Part shown: in pieces, positions 1 through 10,337 of the stretch
How the letters are laid out: each line of letters opens with the position of its first letter
Numbering within the stretch: position 1 is the first letter of the stretch
Assembly: GCA_965208575.1 (NCBI GenBank)
Contig: CBDBOV010000006.1
Location: 800,001 to 864,000 of the forward strand
DNA length: 64,000 nucleotides
Reading direction: 5' to 3'
From: Spirochaetia bacterium
Lineage (GTDB): Bacteria; Spirochaetota; Spirochaetia; SZUA-6; Bin103
Notes under the pieces: generated by a model
Database searches by the model: none
Told to the model about the DNA's origin: nothing
Seen by the model: only the letters and a program-made list of their open reading frames with translations
Program-made: the position numbers and the translations under genes

Positions 1-1
1 C

Positions 2-1249
2 CTCGGCCTTTTCAGGATTATAGGTATATTCTTGCTTGACCTCGTCGGGCCACTCTGCATATGGCCAGGACCACCCGGTAGAACTTTGATGTACGTACCC
101 ATAAGGTGCTGGATCTCCCAACCCCTTGAAGTAGGTAGCGGAGATTGTCTCTCGGTCCACTGCCATCTGCAGTGCCTTGCGCACATTGAGGTCGGCAGTT
201 ATGGCAGGCGAGGCCACGTTCATGTACAAAACACCCGATGCAGGGTTGTAAACCGGCCACACGTCGATTTCAGGGCTGGTCTTCTGGAGGCTCTCCAAAT
301 CGTCGATAGATGTAATATACGCGTCGCCGACGTTACCCATCATGTCAACCTTACCCGTGCGCAGTGCCGCCAGACGTGCTGACATGTCCGGCATAAGGAG
401 GGACCTCAACTCATCAATATAGGGTAGGCGGTTGTCCGGGAATTTTTCGTCGTAGCCCCAGTAGTCAGGATTCTTCTGCCAGGTTGCCGAGCTACCCTCC
501 ACGAATTCTGTCAGTCTCCAGGGCCCGGTGCCGACCAGGTTTCTCCAGTTCTTGGCATCGCCGTACTCCTCGATTTGCTCAGGGGCGTGCACAAAAAAGT
601 AGCCGTTGAGAAATTTCCCGAGCACATCGAGGTGAGGCTTCGTCAGCTTAATCTCAACCGTCCATTGGTCGGTGGCCGTTACCGATTCGATACCTACACC
701 GCCGACGACCGCACCGACCGCGGCGTTCGGTCCGTCTTCGGTGAAATCGCCCAGACCGAAATAGCGGTGAAAGTTCCATTCGACGTCATCGGCATCGAAC
801 TGCCGACCGTTCATCGGCGCCTTGTCATGCCAGTGAACGCCCTGGCGGATGTTCCAGATAAACGTTGTGTCGTCGGGCATTGACCAGCTTTCAGCCAGAG
901 CCCCGGTAGTCATCTCCGGGGTCACAACGGAGTAAATTCTACCGTTCCATATGTCCCTGGATAGTCCCCAGTCGGCGAATGCGAGCCTTTCAACAACGCC
1001 ACCGATGAGGTGAGGCGCCCAGCCAAGATTCCACCAGTTGTCAGTACTCGGAGGAAAGACCGTAACGGCCGACGTGAGTGTCCCGCCATACTGTGGCGCG
1101 GTCCACGTCATGCCGGTGGCGGGGTCGAACACCGTTTCCTTCTCGGTAGCCGCCGCCGGCGCCTCTTCTGCGCCAGCGGCCCAGAGGCCGGTGGCGGTCA
1201 GAACGAGGACCAGTGCAACCACGAAGGTGGTGACTGTTACAATATTCAT
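2..1249 (-). CDS. ABC transporter substrate-binding protein, family 5 (Dpp/Opp-like); 3' end runs off the window
   Basis: Manually translated from ATG at 1249 (MNIVTVTTFVVALVLVLTATGLWAAGAEEAP...PQYGG...LAESWS...GVHWHDKAPMNGR...LVGTGP...KNPDYWGYDEKFPDNRLPYID...VRKALQMA). Open to the window edge; paralog of 16403-18208. Not in the ORF track because it has no stop in the window. Confidence 0.93.
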   Translation of the reverse strand, partial: MNIVTVTTFVVALVLVLTATGLWAAGAEEAPAAATEKETVFDPATGMTWTAPQYGGTLTSAVTVFPPSTDNWWNLGWAPHLIGGVVERLAFADWGLSRDIWNGRIYSVVTPEMTTGALAESWSMPDDTTFIWNIRQGVHWHDKAPMNGRQFDADDVEWNFHRYFGLGDFTEDGPNAAVGAVVGGVGIESVTATDQWTVEIKLTKPHLDVLGKFLNGYFFVHAPEQIEEYGDAKNWRNLVGTGPWRLTEFVEGSSATWQKNPDYWGYDEKFPDNRLPYIDELRSLLMPDMSARLAALRTGKVDMMGNVGDAYITSIDDLESLQKTSPEIDVWPVYNPASGVLYMNVASPAITADLNVRKALQMAVDRETISATYFKGLGDPAPYGYVHQSSTGWSWPYAEWPDEVKQEYTYNPEKAE

Positions 1250-1271
1250 ACGTAACTCCGTAGCTGATTTC

Positions 1272-1428
1272 TGAGAGTATTGCGTAGCGCCGTGCCGCTC
1301 CCTGGCTACTCTCGCGCCCGCAACGCGGGCGGCCGGCCAGACAGAGTCGAATTTGTGAAGCGCGCGGCGTGGGACTCACCGGGTACACGCCGCGCGCGCG
1401 TGCGGTTCTTTCAGTATCATCCTGCACC
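1272..1428 (-). ncRNA. Candidate structured 5' leader (copy A) of SBP gene
   Basis: Reverse complement aligns colinearly with 16213-16380, also upstream of an SBP gene. Conserved stems: GCGCGCGGCGTG/CACGCCGCGCGC, CGCCCGC/GCGGGCG and GAGAGTA/TACTCTC. Confidence 0.55.
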
Positions 1429-1531
1429 CTTGGGGCGCGGCCGCCGGAGGACACGGCGAACCCCAGTGAACCGTATGCTCACACGCGCGGGCAAACGTGT
1501 CAACCACACGCCCGACGCGGTGCCCGGGCCA

Positions 1532-1858
1532 TCAGTCACAGCCGGTTGCGCGAGCGAGGGCGAGACAGACCTGGCGCATCTTGCCCTCCGGGAGGCGCCC
1601 GATGAAACGGCTCAGCCGTGCCTGGTCTACCGTCTGCACGTGATCGAGGTTGGCGGCCGAGGCCCGCTTGAGGCCCACGTCTATGCCGACCGCCACCTCG
1701 GCGGGGGAACCGTGGATGGTCGAGGTAATGGGAGCGACCATCACGGTGTGCAGCAGCGGGATCACCTCCTGGCGGCTGATGATCACCACCGGCCGCCGCT
1801 TGTCCGGTGCCTTGAACGTGTACTGCCAGATCTCGCCTCGATTCAGCCGCCCGGCCAC
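1532..1858 (-). CDS. PemK/MazF-family type II toxin (endoribonuclease)
   Basis: RGEIW...KRRPVVIIS...VMVAPIT...NLDHVQTVDQARL motifs; 108 aa; overlaps the upstream antitoxin gene. Confidence 0.92.
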   Translation of the reverse strand: MAGRLNRGEIWQYTFKAPDKRRPVVIISRQEVIPLLHTVMVAPITSTIHGSPAEVAVGIDVGLKRASAANLDHVQTVDQARLSRFIGRLPEGKMRQVCLALARATGCD

Positions 1859-2082
1859 GAGCCTTCCTCACCCCAGCCGGCCAATTCCTCGCCGCCGCCG
1901 CCGCGGAGCCCGCCCGCGTAGGCGGCGCGGTACTGCTCGGCGATCAGGTGCCGCTGTCTGCGTTGCAGAAATTCCGCCGCCGCGCGCCGCAGAATCGCCG
2001 ACCGCCCCTCCCGGCGCACCTCCTCCGACGCGTCGAGCCGCGCCAGCAGCGCCTCGTCGAACATCACCTGTATAGGTTTCAT
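1843..2082 (-). CDS. Ribbon-helix-helix (CopG-like) antitoxin
   Basis: MKPIQVMFDEALLARLD...RSAILRRAAAEFL RHH pattern with C-terminal YRAAY...W; directly upstream of and overlapping the toxin. Confidence 0.85.
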   Translation of the reverse strand: MKPIQVMFDEALLARLDASEEVRREGRSAILRRAAAEFLQRRQRHLIAEQYRAAYAGGLRGGGGEELAGWGEEGSWPGG

Positions 2083-2134
2083 CCATATAATATACGTGGG
2101 TCATATGCATACATCCAGGTAGCCTGAATTGGAG

Positions 2135-2164
2135 TTGACCGTCGACGGCGATGAGAAGTATAAG
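2135..2164 (+). promoter_or_regulatory. Putative sigma70 promoter
   Basis: TTGACC-N18-TATAAG ahead of SD AAAGGAGG and the SBP start. Confidence 0.4.
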
Positions 2165-2232
2165 GCGGGAAAATGGCATGGGACGGGTCGGCCGGACCAT
2201 GCACAGCAAACATCAAAGGAGGAGCGAATTTG

Positions 2233-4050
2233 ATGCTTCTTTCATTCAGGAGGGCGGCGGCAGTCGGGCTCGGGCTCATGCTTGCGGCGACCGCCCTGTG
2301 GGCTTCGGCCGCAGAGGAATCCTCCGCCGAGGCAGAGTTCGTCGAGGTAGAGCTCGCCAAGCTCGACGGCACCACCATGACCCGGCAGTTCGAGAAACCC
2401 CGCTACGGCGGCACGATCACCATGAACCGGGAGATCCTGCTGGTCTCGTTTTCGCTCTGGGATCCGAGGGGCGGTGGTGGACCGCATGAGCTGGCCAACA
2501 TCCAGATAACCAACCAGCGCCTCACGCAGCTCGACTGGGCTCGTGGTCCGTCCGGCACCGGTGACTACCCGGTGCGGTCCTACGTGGCGTCGTTCCCACC
2601 GAACCTGGCAGTTCCCATGCTGGCGGAGAGCTGGACGCGTCCCAACGCCACCTCGATGGTGTTCAAGTTGCGCGAAGGTGTGCACTTCTGGGAGAAAGGG
2701 GACATCGCGGAGCCGAACCCCGGGCTTGAAGCTGACTACGGGCGCGAGCTGACCGCCCATGACGTGGTCTTTTCGAAGAACACGATGAACTGGTTCCAGG
2801 TGGGCCAACCCGGCATTCCCACCTATACCGCCCTCGACGACCACACCCTGGAGATGTCGTGGCCCACGCCGGACCCGCTCCTGGCGGCCTTCCAGTGGTC
2901 GATGTTCCTGTTCGTCTTCAACGGGGGTATGGCGAACATCCCCGAGGACGACTGGGGCGACTGGCGAAACGCACTCGGTACCGGCTCCTACATCCCGACC
3001 GACTACGTGCCCGGCAGTACCGTCACCTACAAGCGCAATCCCAACTACTGGGAGAACGATCCGATTCACCCCGAGAATCGGCTGCCCTACGCTGACAACC
3101 TCCGCATCGTCGACTTCGACGACGAGGCGGCGATCATCGCAGCGCTGCGGGCCGGCCAACTCGACCTGACCAACGGCCTCGGCTCAACCGGCAAGTGGGG
3201 GACACAGCTCAAGGAGACGAACCCCGAGATTGGCCAAGCCCCCGCCGCCCCGACCCCTACGGTCTGGGTGCCGCGCGTGGATCTGCCGGACAACCCGTTC
3301 AGTGACATCAAGGTGCGGCAGGCGCTCATGATGTCCATTCCGCGCGACGAGGTCGTCGCGGACTTCTACGGCGGATTCGCGCTTCCGTTTGCCTATCCGA
3401 CGTTTCCTCACTTCCCGGATTACTTCGTCGCGTACGAGGATCTGCCGACCGAGCCGATGCTGCCCGGTTCGTGCGCCAGTGCTCGCGATGTGGTGACGTA
3501 CCTTCCCGACAAGGCGCGCGAGTGCCTCGCCGCGGCGGGGTACCCGGACGGCTTCGAGTTCGACCTGTGGACGCCGCCGGGTGAGGCCGAGTTCAACGAG
3601 CTGTACCAGGGTTACTGGAACGAGGTGGGCATCCGTGCCAACCTCAAGGTAGTCGAGCTCGCGGTGTGGCAGTCGGTCAAGGACCGGGAGGACCACCTCG
3701 GACTGACGAGCTGGACCCCGGGCATGTGGGCGCATCAGCACGAGCTGCTGTTCAATCAGCTGGTCAGCAACGCCACGGTCAACAGCGCGCGGACGGACGA
3801 CCCGATGTACGACGCGATCGCCGAGCTGGTCACCACGGAGCTCGACGAAGAGAAGAGGATCGCGGCGTGGCAGGAGTTCTTTCCCAAGGCGCTGGAGCAT
3901 ACCGTGTATCCACACGGCGTCCCGTTCGACAAGCTGACGTTCTGGAACCCATGGGTGAAGGGATACAGTGGAGAGATGAGCAACGTCGGCATCCAGGGCT
4001 GGCACTCGGTGGCCAAGAACATCTGGATCGACCAGTCGATGCAGCCGTAG
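2233..4050 (+). CDS. ABC transporter substrate-binding protein, family 5
   Basis: Signal peptide ...ALWASAAEE; KPRYGG, LAESW, LGTGSY, RNPNYW, VRQALM motifs. Start set from SD AAAGGAGG (TTG 2230 or ATG 2233). Confidence 0.93.
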   Translation: MLLSFRRAAAVGLGLMLAATALWASAAEESSAEAEFVEVELAKLDGTTMTRQFEKPRYGGTITMNREILLVSFSLWDPRGGGGPHELANIQITNQRLTQLDWARGPSGTGDYPVRSYVASFPPNLAVPMLAESWTRPNATSMVFKLREGVHFWEKGDIAEPNPGLEADYGRELTAHDVVFSKNTMNWFQVGQPGIPTYTALDDHTLEMSWPTPDPLLAAFQWSMFLFVFNGGMANIPEDDWGDWRNALGTGSYIPTDYVPGSTVTYKRNPNYWENDPIHPENRLPYADNLRIVDFDDEAAIIAALRAGQLDLTNGLGSTGKWGTQLKETNPEIGQAPAAPTPTVWVPRVDLPDNPFSDIKVRQALMMSIPRDEVVADFYGGFALPFAYPTFPHFPDYFVAYEDLPTEPMLPGSCASARDVVTYLPDKARECLAAAGYPDGFEFDLWTPPGEAEFNELYQGYWNEVGIRANLKVVELAVWQSVKDREDHLGLTSWTPGMWAHQHELLFNQLVSNATVNSARTDDPMYDAIAELVTTELDEEKRIAAWQEFFPKALEHTVYPHGVPFDKLTFWNPWVKGYSGEMSNVGIQGWHSVAKNIWIDQSMQP

Positions 4051-4084
4051 TGGCCTTTCTTGGCACTGCGATAAGCTGACCACG

Positions 4085-4119
4085 GGTTGGCGCGGTTCCT
4101 TCGGGGACCGTCGCCAACC
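4085..4119 (+). terminator. Stem-loop after SBP gene
   Basis: GGTTGGCG-CGGTTCC-TTCG-GGGACCG-T-CGCCAACC; homologous hairpin at 6314-6355. Confidence 0.55.
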
Positions 4120-4238
4120 TTGTGTATCCAATCCTCGAAGCCGGCACAGCCTGGACAAGTCAGCGCAGTGGCCGGTCGGCGGTCACGGTCGGTGACCTCG
4201 GTCAGCCCCACCCACCCGTCGCGGCAGCTACCGGCACG

Positions 4239-4268
4239 TTGACAGGGGTTTGGCCGGATCGCTATATT
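4239..4268 (+). promoter_or_regulatory. Putative sigma70 promoter
   Basis: TTGACA-N18-TATATT, about 190 nt upstream of the SBP start at 4459. Confidence 0.5.
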
Positions 4269-4458
4269 CCGGGGCGGCCGTCAAGGCCGGTAATGCCGGA
4301 AACGCCGGCAAAACGAGGCACAAGCAAACCTTGGTTCCTGAGAGCGATGTTGCCGTCCCCGGGGCGACCGTCCGACGGGGCGGGAGTCGGCCGACGCGCG
4401 GGCGTGGGGCGGGAACTGGCGGAACATGCGCGATACACACAAAGGGAGAGCAAATTTG

Positions 4459-6282
4459 ATGCTTATTTCGATCAGGAGGGCGGCGGCAGTCATGCTCGGG
4501 CTCGGACTCGTGCTGACGTCGACTGCCCTGTGGGCTTCGGCCGCGGAGGAAGCCTCCGCCGAGGCAGAGTTCGTCGACCTGGAGCTCACCAAGCTCGACG
4601 GCAGCACCATGACGAGGAACTACGAGAAGCCTCGCTACGGTGGCACCATCACCATGAACCGCGAGATCCTGCTGGTCTCGTTCTCTCTGTGGGATCCACG
4701 GAGCGGTGGCGGACCCCACGAGCTGGCGAATGTCCAGGTAACCAACCAGCGCCTCTCGCAGTTGGACTGGGCACATGGTCCGTCCGGTACCGGTGAATAC
4801 GACGTGCGGCAGTATACCGCGGCGAACCCACCAGCCCTGGCTGTTCCCATGCTGGCGGAGAGCTGGACAATCCCCAATCCGACCTCGATGGTGTTCAAGA
4901 TGCGCGAAGGCGTTCACTTCTGGGCGGAAGAAGACGTAGCGCAGGCGAATCCCGGGCTACAGGCTGACTACGGGCGCGAGCTGACTGCCCATGACGTGGT
5001 CTTCTCGAAAAACACGTCGAACTGGTACCGGCAGGGCATGCCCGGCATAGCCACCTATACCGCCCTCGACGACCACACCCTGGAGGTGTCGTGGCCTGAG
5101 CCCGACCCACTCCTCGAGGCTTTCAAGTTGTCGATGTACCTGTTCATCTTCAACGGCGGGATGGCGAACATCCCGGAGGGCGATTGGGGGGACTGGCAAA
5201 ACGCACTCGGTACCGGCTCCTACATCCCCACGGACTACGTGCCGGGCAGCAGCGTTACGTACAAGCGCAATCCCAACTACTGGGAGAACGATCCGATTCA
5301 CCCCGAGAATCGGCTGCCCTACGCTGACAACCTGCGCATCGTCGACTTCGACGACGAGGCGTCGATCATCGCCGCGTTGCGGGCTGGTCAGATCGACCTG
5401 ACCAACGGCCTCGGCTCGTCGGGCAAGTGGGGGCTGCAGCTCAAGGACACGAACCCCGAGATTGGCCAGGCGCCCGCCGCCCCGACCCCTACGGTCTGGG
5501 TGCCACGCGTGGACCTGCCAGACAGCCCGTTCAGTGACATCAAGGTGCGGCAGGCGCTGATGATGTCCATTCCGCGCGACGAGGTGGTCAAGGACTTCTA
5601 TGGCGGGTTCGCAGTTCCGTACTCGTATCCGACGTTTCCCGCGTTCCCGGATTACTTCGTCGCGTACGACCAACTGCCAACCGAGCCCATGCTGCCTGGT
5701 TCGTGCGCCAGCGCGCGCGACGTGGTCACCTACAATCCCGACAAGGCGAGGGATTGTCTCGCTCAGGCAGGGTTCCCCGACGGCTTCGAGTTCGACCTGT
5801 GGACGCCGCCGGGTGAGGCCGAGTTCAACGAGCTCTACCAGGGTTACTGGAACGAGGTGGGCATCCGCGCCAACCTCAAGGTGGTCGAGGGCGCGGTGTG
5901 GCAATCGGTCAAGGACCGGGAGGACCACCTCGGGCTGGCGAGCTGGACGCCGGGCATGTGGCAGCACCATTACGAGCTGCTTTTCAATCAGCTGACCAGC
6001 AACGCCACGGTCAACAGCGCACGGACGTCCGAACCGATGTACGACGCGATCGCCGCGGTTGTGACTACCGAGTTCGACGAACAGAAGCGGATCGCGGCGT
6101 ATCGGGAGTTCTTTCCCAAGGCGCTGGAGGATAGCGCGTATCCGCACGGCGTCGCGTTCGACAAGCTGACGTTCTGGAACCCATGGGTGAAGGGATACAG
6201 CGGAGAGATGAGCAACGTCGGCATCCAGGGCTGGCACTCGGTGGCCAAGAACATCTGGATCGACCAGGCGATGCAGCCGTAG
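4459..6282 (+). CDS. ABC transporter substrate-binding protein, family 5 (close tandem paralog of 2233-4050)
   Basis: Colinear and highly similar to the preceding SBP, with long identical stretches. Confidence 0.93.
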   Translation: MLISIRRAAAVMLGLGLVLTSTALWASAAEEASAEAEFVDLELTKLDGSTMTRNYEKPRYGGTITMNREILLVSFSLWDPRSGGGPHELANVQVTNQRLSQLDWAHGPSGTGEYDVRQYTAANPPALAVPMLAESWTIPNPTSMVFKMREGVHFWAEEDVAQANPGLQADYGRELTAHDVVFSKNTSNWYRQGMPGIATYTALDDHTLEVSWPEPDPLLEAFKLSMYLFIFNGGMANIPEGDWGDWQNALGTGSYIPTDYVPGSSVTYKRNPNYWENDPIHPENRLPYADNLRIVDFDDEASIIAALRAGQIDLTNGLGSSGKWGLQLKDTNPEIGQAPAAPTPTVWVPRVDLPDSPFSDIKVRQALMMSIPRDEVVKDFYGGFAVPYSYPTFPAFPDYFVAYDQLPTEPMLPGSCASARDVVTYNPDKARDCLAQAGFPDGFEFDLWTPPGEAEFNELYQGYWNEVGIRANLKVVEGAVWQSVKDREDHLGLASWTPGMWQHHYELLFNQLTSNATVNSARTSEPMYDAIAAVVTTEFDEQKRIAAYREFFPKALEDSAYPHGVAFDKLTFWNPWVKGYSGEMSNVGIQGWHSVAKNIWIDQAMQP

Positions 6283-6313
6283 TGGCCCAATTGGCACTGC
6301 GATAGCTGACCAC

Positions 6314-6361
6314 GGGGTTGGCGGAGTTTCCTTTTCGGGAAGCGTCGCCAGCCCCTTTCTT
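6314..6361 (+). terminator. Hairpin with T-rich tail between SBP and permease
   Basis: GGGGTTGGCG...CGCCAGCCCC followed by TTTCTT. Confidence 0.55.
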
Positions 6362-6382
6362 TGAAGCGGCAACCATAGCTTG

Positions 6383-7384
6383 ATGACTGCCTACATCATC
6401 AGACGGGTCGTTCTGATCATTCCCACGCTGTTCATCGTCTCGCTGCTGGCGTTCTTCCTGATTCGCTGGATTCCCGGCGACGTCATCGACCTGATGGTGG
6501 CGATCATGCAGCAGTACGTGTCCCTTGGAACCACGACCACGGACTTGGTGGGCAGCAGCGAGGAGGTTGTGGAGCAACTGGCGCAGACCCTGCGCGAACA
6601 GCTTGGACTGGATGTCCCGGCGCACATTCAGTACGTGCGCTGGCTCGGGGAACTGTTCCAGGGCCGGCTCGGAGATTCGCTGTGGACCAGGCAGCCGGTC
6701 GGAACGGACATCCTGTTCCGCCTGCCGATATCTCTCCAGCTCGGCCTGATGGCGATCATCTTCGCGCTGGTGATTGCGCTGCCGGTAGGCATTATTTCCG
6801 GGATCCGGCCCGACTCCGGCACCGACCAGGTTCTGCGCAGCTTCGCCATTCTGCTGGTTACCGTTCCCGCCTTCTGGCTGGGCACCATGGTGGTGGTCTA
6901 CCCGGCGCTGTGGTGGAGTTGGGCGCCGCCCTTGTTCTTCGTCCGATTCGGCGACGATCCGCTCGGCAACCTGGCCCAGATGTTCGTGCCGTCACTCATC
7001 CAGGGGATGCTGCTGTCGGGAATCATAATGCGATTTACGCGCACCATGATGCTGGAGGTGCTGCGCCAGGACTACGTCCGCACGGCGTGGGCGAAGGGGC
7101 TGCGCGAGCGGGTGCTGGTGATGCGCCACGTCCTCAAGAATGCCACGATTCCGGTGATCACGATGATCGGACTGCAGTTGCCGGTGCTGATTGGCGGCGC
7201 CGTGATCGTGGAGAAGATCTTCAACATACCGGGCCTCGGATCGCTGATAATCGAAGCACTCGAGAAGCGTGACTACCCCATCGTCACCGCCGTGAACCTG
7301 CTCATGGCGGGGGTCGTGCTCGTCGTCAACGTCCTGATCGACATCAGCTACGCTTGGCTCGACCCGCGGATCCGCTACGACTGA
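6383..7384 (+). CDS. Peptide/nickel ABC permease, DppB/OppB-like
   Basis: YIIRR...IPGD N-terminus; RTMMLEVLRQDYVRTAWAKGL EAA loop; LDPRIRY C-terminus. Confidence 0.95.
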   Translation: MTAYIIRRVVLIIPTLFIVSLLAFFLIRWIPGDVIDLMVAIMQQYVSLGTTTTDLVGSSEEVVEQLAQTLREQLGLDVPAHIQYVRWLGELFQGRLGDSLWTRQPVGTDILFRLPISLQLGLMAIIFALVIALPVGIISGIRPDSGTDQVLRSFAILLVTVPAFWLGTMVVVYPALWWSWAPPLFFVRFGDDPLGNLAQMFVPSLIQGMLLSGIIMRFTRTMMLEVLRQDYVRTAWAKGLRERVLVMRHVLKNATIPVITMIGLQLPVLIGGAVIVEKIFNIPGLGSLIIEALEKRDYPIVTAVNLLMAGVVLVVNVLIDISYAWLDPRIRYD

Positions 7385-8325
7385 TGGCTGACCCCGTGGC
7401 GCCCAAGGCGCCGGCCGCCGCTCAGCACGCGCGTACGTCACTCCTGCGCCAGACCCTCTCCCGGTTGTTCCGGGAGAAGAAGCTGGGCGCCGTCGGGCTG
7501 ATCATCATGGTGCTGTTCCTGCTGATCGGCATCTTCGCGGACGTGCTTGCCACCCACGACATGTTCGAGCAGAACGTCCCGCGGCGCCTGGAAGGGCCAT
7601 CGTCCGACTATCCCCTGGGCACCGATCAGTTTGGGCGCGACGTGTACAGCCGGGTGGTGCAGGGTGCCCGCGTCTCGATGCTGGTCGGCCTCGCCTCCAG
7701 CCTGGTTGCGGTGGTAGTCGCCACCGTGTTCGGACTCCTGCTGGGGTACTTCGGCGGTGTGGCGGATTTGATCGGGCAGAGGGTGGTGGATGCCGTGCAG
7801 GCGTTTCCGTGGCTATTCCTGATCATCACGGTGATGTCGCTGCTGGGACCAGGCATCCCGCAGGTGATCATCGTCCTGGGCGTACCCTGGGGCATCGTCA
7901 ACATCAGGACCGTGCGCAGCGTCGTGCTGAGCGTGAAGGAGACCCCCTACGTGGAGGCGGCGCGGGCGACCGGGGCCGGCACCCTGCGCATACTCGCGCG
8001 CCACATCGCGCCGCAGCTCGTGGCGCCGATGATCGTCCTGTTCACGGTTTCGGTGGGCGGCAACATCCTCGCCGAGGCGTCGGTGAGCTTCCTCGGCTTC
8101 GGCATACCGCCGCCGCAGCCGAGCTGGGGCAGCATGCTGAGCATCGAGGGCCGTTCCTACATGCTGGAGGCGCCGTTGTTGGCGTTCTGGCCCGGCCTGT
8201 GCCTGGCGATCGTGGTGTTCGGCATCAACATGTTCGGCGACGCGCTGCGCGACCTGCTCGATCCCCGCCTGCGCGGCGGCATCGGCCGCTTCGGCGCCGA
8301 GGCCCCGTCCACCAACCGCAAGTAA
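7384..8325 (+). CDS. Peptide/nickel ABC permease, DppC/OppC-like
   Basis: LGTDQFGRD, YVEAARATGA, PSWGSML, FGDALRDLLDPR; TGATG coupling with the upstream gene. Confidence 0.95.
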   Translation: MADPVAPKAPAAAQHARTSLLRQTLSRLFREKKLGAVGLIIMVLFLLIGIFADVLATHDMFEQNVPRRLEGPSSDYPLGTDQFGRDVYSRVVQGARVSMLVGLASSLVAVVVATVFGLLLGYFGGVADLIGQRVVDAVQAFPWLFLIITVMSLLGPGIPQVIIVLGVPWGIVNIRTVRSVVLSVKETPYVEAARATGAGTLRILARHIAPQLVAPMIVLFTVSVGGNILAEASVSFLGFGIPPPQPSWGSMLSIEGRSYMLEAPLLAFWPGLCLAIVVFGINMFGDALRDLLDPRLRGGIGRFGAEAPSTNRK

Positions 8326-8439
8326 CGGCGCGGCGGCGCGGCGGCGCGGCGAGTTCTGCTTGACCGGCACGGCGTTGCCATGCTATGAGACTGCCAATCG
8401 AACTCGGGAGGATACCCGAGTGAAAAGGAGGCAGATAGC

Positions 8440-10254
8440 GTGACTATTTGCAAATGGAAGGCACTGTTCGCCGTGGCGGCGGCCGTGTTGCTGACGGCAA
8501 TCGGCGCCTGGGCCACTCCCGCCGCGGAGGAAGGGTCCGACGCTGCCATGTCGCCCTCGGACATCGACACCGTTCCGGTCTATGGCGGCAATCTCACCAC
8601 CGCCGACAACACCTGGTCGAGCGTCTGGGACCCGACGGTGCTCATTCACGGCATCCAGGTGGTGCCGGCCATCTACGATCAGTTGTTCGAGTACGACATC
8701 ACCCAGGGGCCACGCGGCACCGGCGAGTGGGGGTTGAACGACTTCAACTGGCAGAATCCCAACGTGATCACGTTCCAGGTCATCGAGTCCAACACGGTAC
8801 TGAGCCCGACCCAGTTGCGGTGGAAGATTCGCAGGGGCATCCACTACCACGACCGGCCGCCGGCCAACGGCAGAGAGATGACCGTGGAAGACGTGCTCGT
8901 CACGTGGGAGCACGTTACCGCGGAGCCAAGATCCGGCCTGATGTACAAGGGCGACGAGCTCCTCAAGATGACCGCCGATCCGAACGACCCCTGGGCGATC
9001 AACGTCGAACTGGCGGCGCCCGACAGCCTGGGTCTGTGGGTCTATCTCACCAGTGCCCTGAACGGCGTTCTGCCGGCCGAGTGGTGGCGGGATGACTCCA
9101 TCAACCGGGAGGACTGGCGCAGCCACATGGGATCGGGGCCGTTCTGGCCCATCGACGTCGTCGAGGGCAGCCACATTACCTACACCAGGAACCCCAACTA
9201 CTGGCAGACCGATCCTCTGAATCCCGGTAACCAGTTGCCGTACCTGGACACCATGCAGATCATCTCCTTCGCCGATGGCGCGGCGCGGATCGCGGCCCTG
9301 CGCAGCGGCAAGCTCGACCGCCAGGTGCAAAACGGCCTGACGCCCACGCAGATTGACGATCTGAGGCGGAGCAACCCGGAAATACGAACCAACGAGACGT
9401 GGGCCCACGGGCAGTATGCTGCGTTGCGTGCCGACCTGGCGCCGTGGAACGACATCCGCGTGCGGCAGGCGGCGATGCTCGCCATCGACCACGAGGCGCT
9501 CCGGGACTTCTTCACGCCGGAGCACTACCACTACCCGGGGTTCCCCGTGAAGCGGTCAGCCGGGAAGCCCCAGTACCATACCAGGGAGGAGCTGGCCGCG
9601 GTGCGTCCTGACCTCGCCCGGTTGTACGAATACCATCCCGACGAGGCCGAGCGGCTTCTCGACGAGGCCGGATACCCGCGTGGCGAGGACGGCATCCGTT
9701 TCGAGACCACCTTCATTACCGACTCCGGGCTCGATGAGAACTACCCCGCGTATTTTGCGTACTTCGAGGACGTCGGCATCCGGGTCAACATGGACCCGAT
9801 CCCGAACGGCGGCCACTGGGGCATGATCGGCGGTGCGGACGGTCCGAACGACGAGCACTTTACCGGCTTGGCGTTTCACAATGCCGGCGGCACCAGCTTC
9901 TCGGTCCTGGCCACACACTTCTGGAACGCACCGTATCGGCCGTTCTACAGCATGGGCCGTATCCAGGGTTCTCCCGAGGCCCTCGAGGTGGAGCGATTGT
10001 TCAACGAGGTCAACCTGCTCGAGGCCAACACTCCCGAGTGGACCGACGCGCTTCTGGATCTGGTCTTCTACTGGCAGGAGCAGCTCTGGTTCCTGGACTT
10101 CGGCGCCGTCCACGAGTACATGGCATGGCAGCCGTGGGTGAAGGGAAAAGAGGGCATGAGCGGACTGCAGACCTACCAGTACCACTTCACCAAGTACTTC
10201 TGGATCGACGCGGCCCTGAAGAAGGAGCTCAGCGGGCGCGACGCGGACGAATAG
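8440..10254 (+). CDS. ABC transporter substrate-binding protein, family 5
   Basis: SD AAGGAGG before GTG; signal peptide; PVYGG, GIHYHDRPPANGRE, MGSGPF, RNPNYW, VRQAAM. Confidence 0.92.
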   Translation: MTICKWKALFAVAAAVLLTAIGAWATPAAEEGSDAAMSPSDIDTVPVYGGNLTTADNTWSSVWDPTVLIHGIQVVPAIYDQLFEYDITQGPRGTGEWGLNDFNWQNPNVITFQVIESNTVLSPTQLRWKIRRGIHYHDRPPANGREMTVEDVLVTWEHVTAEPRSGLMYKGDELLKMTADPNDPWAINVELAAPDSLGLWVYLTSALNGVLPAEWWRDDSINREDWRSHMGSGPFWPIDVVEGSHITYTRNPNYWQTDPLNPGNQLPYLDTMQIISFADGAARIAALRSGKLDRQVQNGLTPTQIDDLRRSNPEIRTNETWAHGQYAALRADLAPWNDIRVRQAAMLAIDHEALRDFFTPEHYHYPGFPVKRSAGKPQYHTREELAAVRPDLARLYEYHPDEAERLLDEAGYPRGEDGIRFETTFITDSGLDENYPAYFAYFEDVGIRVNMDPIPNGGHWGMIGGADGPNDEHFTGLAFHNAGGTSFSVLATHFWNAPYRPFYSMGRIQGSPEALEVERLFNEVNLLEANTPEWTDALLDLVFYWQEQLWFLDFGAVHEYMAWQPWVKGKEGMSGLQTYQYHFTKYFWIDAALKKELSGRDADE

Positions 10255-10337
10255 CGTCCCTCTCTGATCTGATCCGTCTGATCTGATCTGAGCGTTCGCG
10301 GGGGCTGGGCCGGCTGGTCTGGCCCCCGTTTTCGCGC

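Noticed and set aside
10263-10291. (TCTGA)n short repeats after an SBP stop
   Set aside because: Short interrupted microsatellite with no further support for a function.
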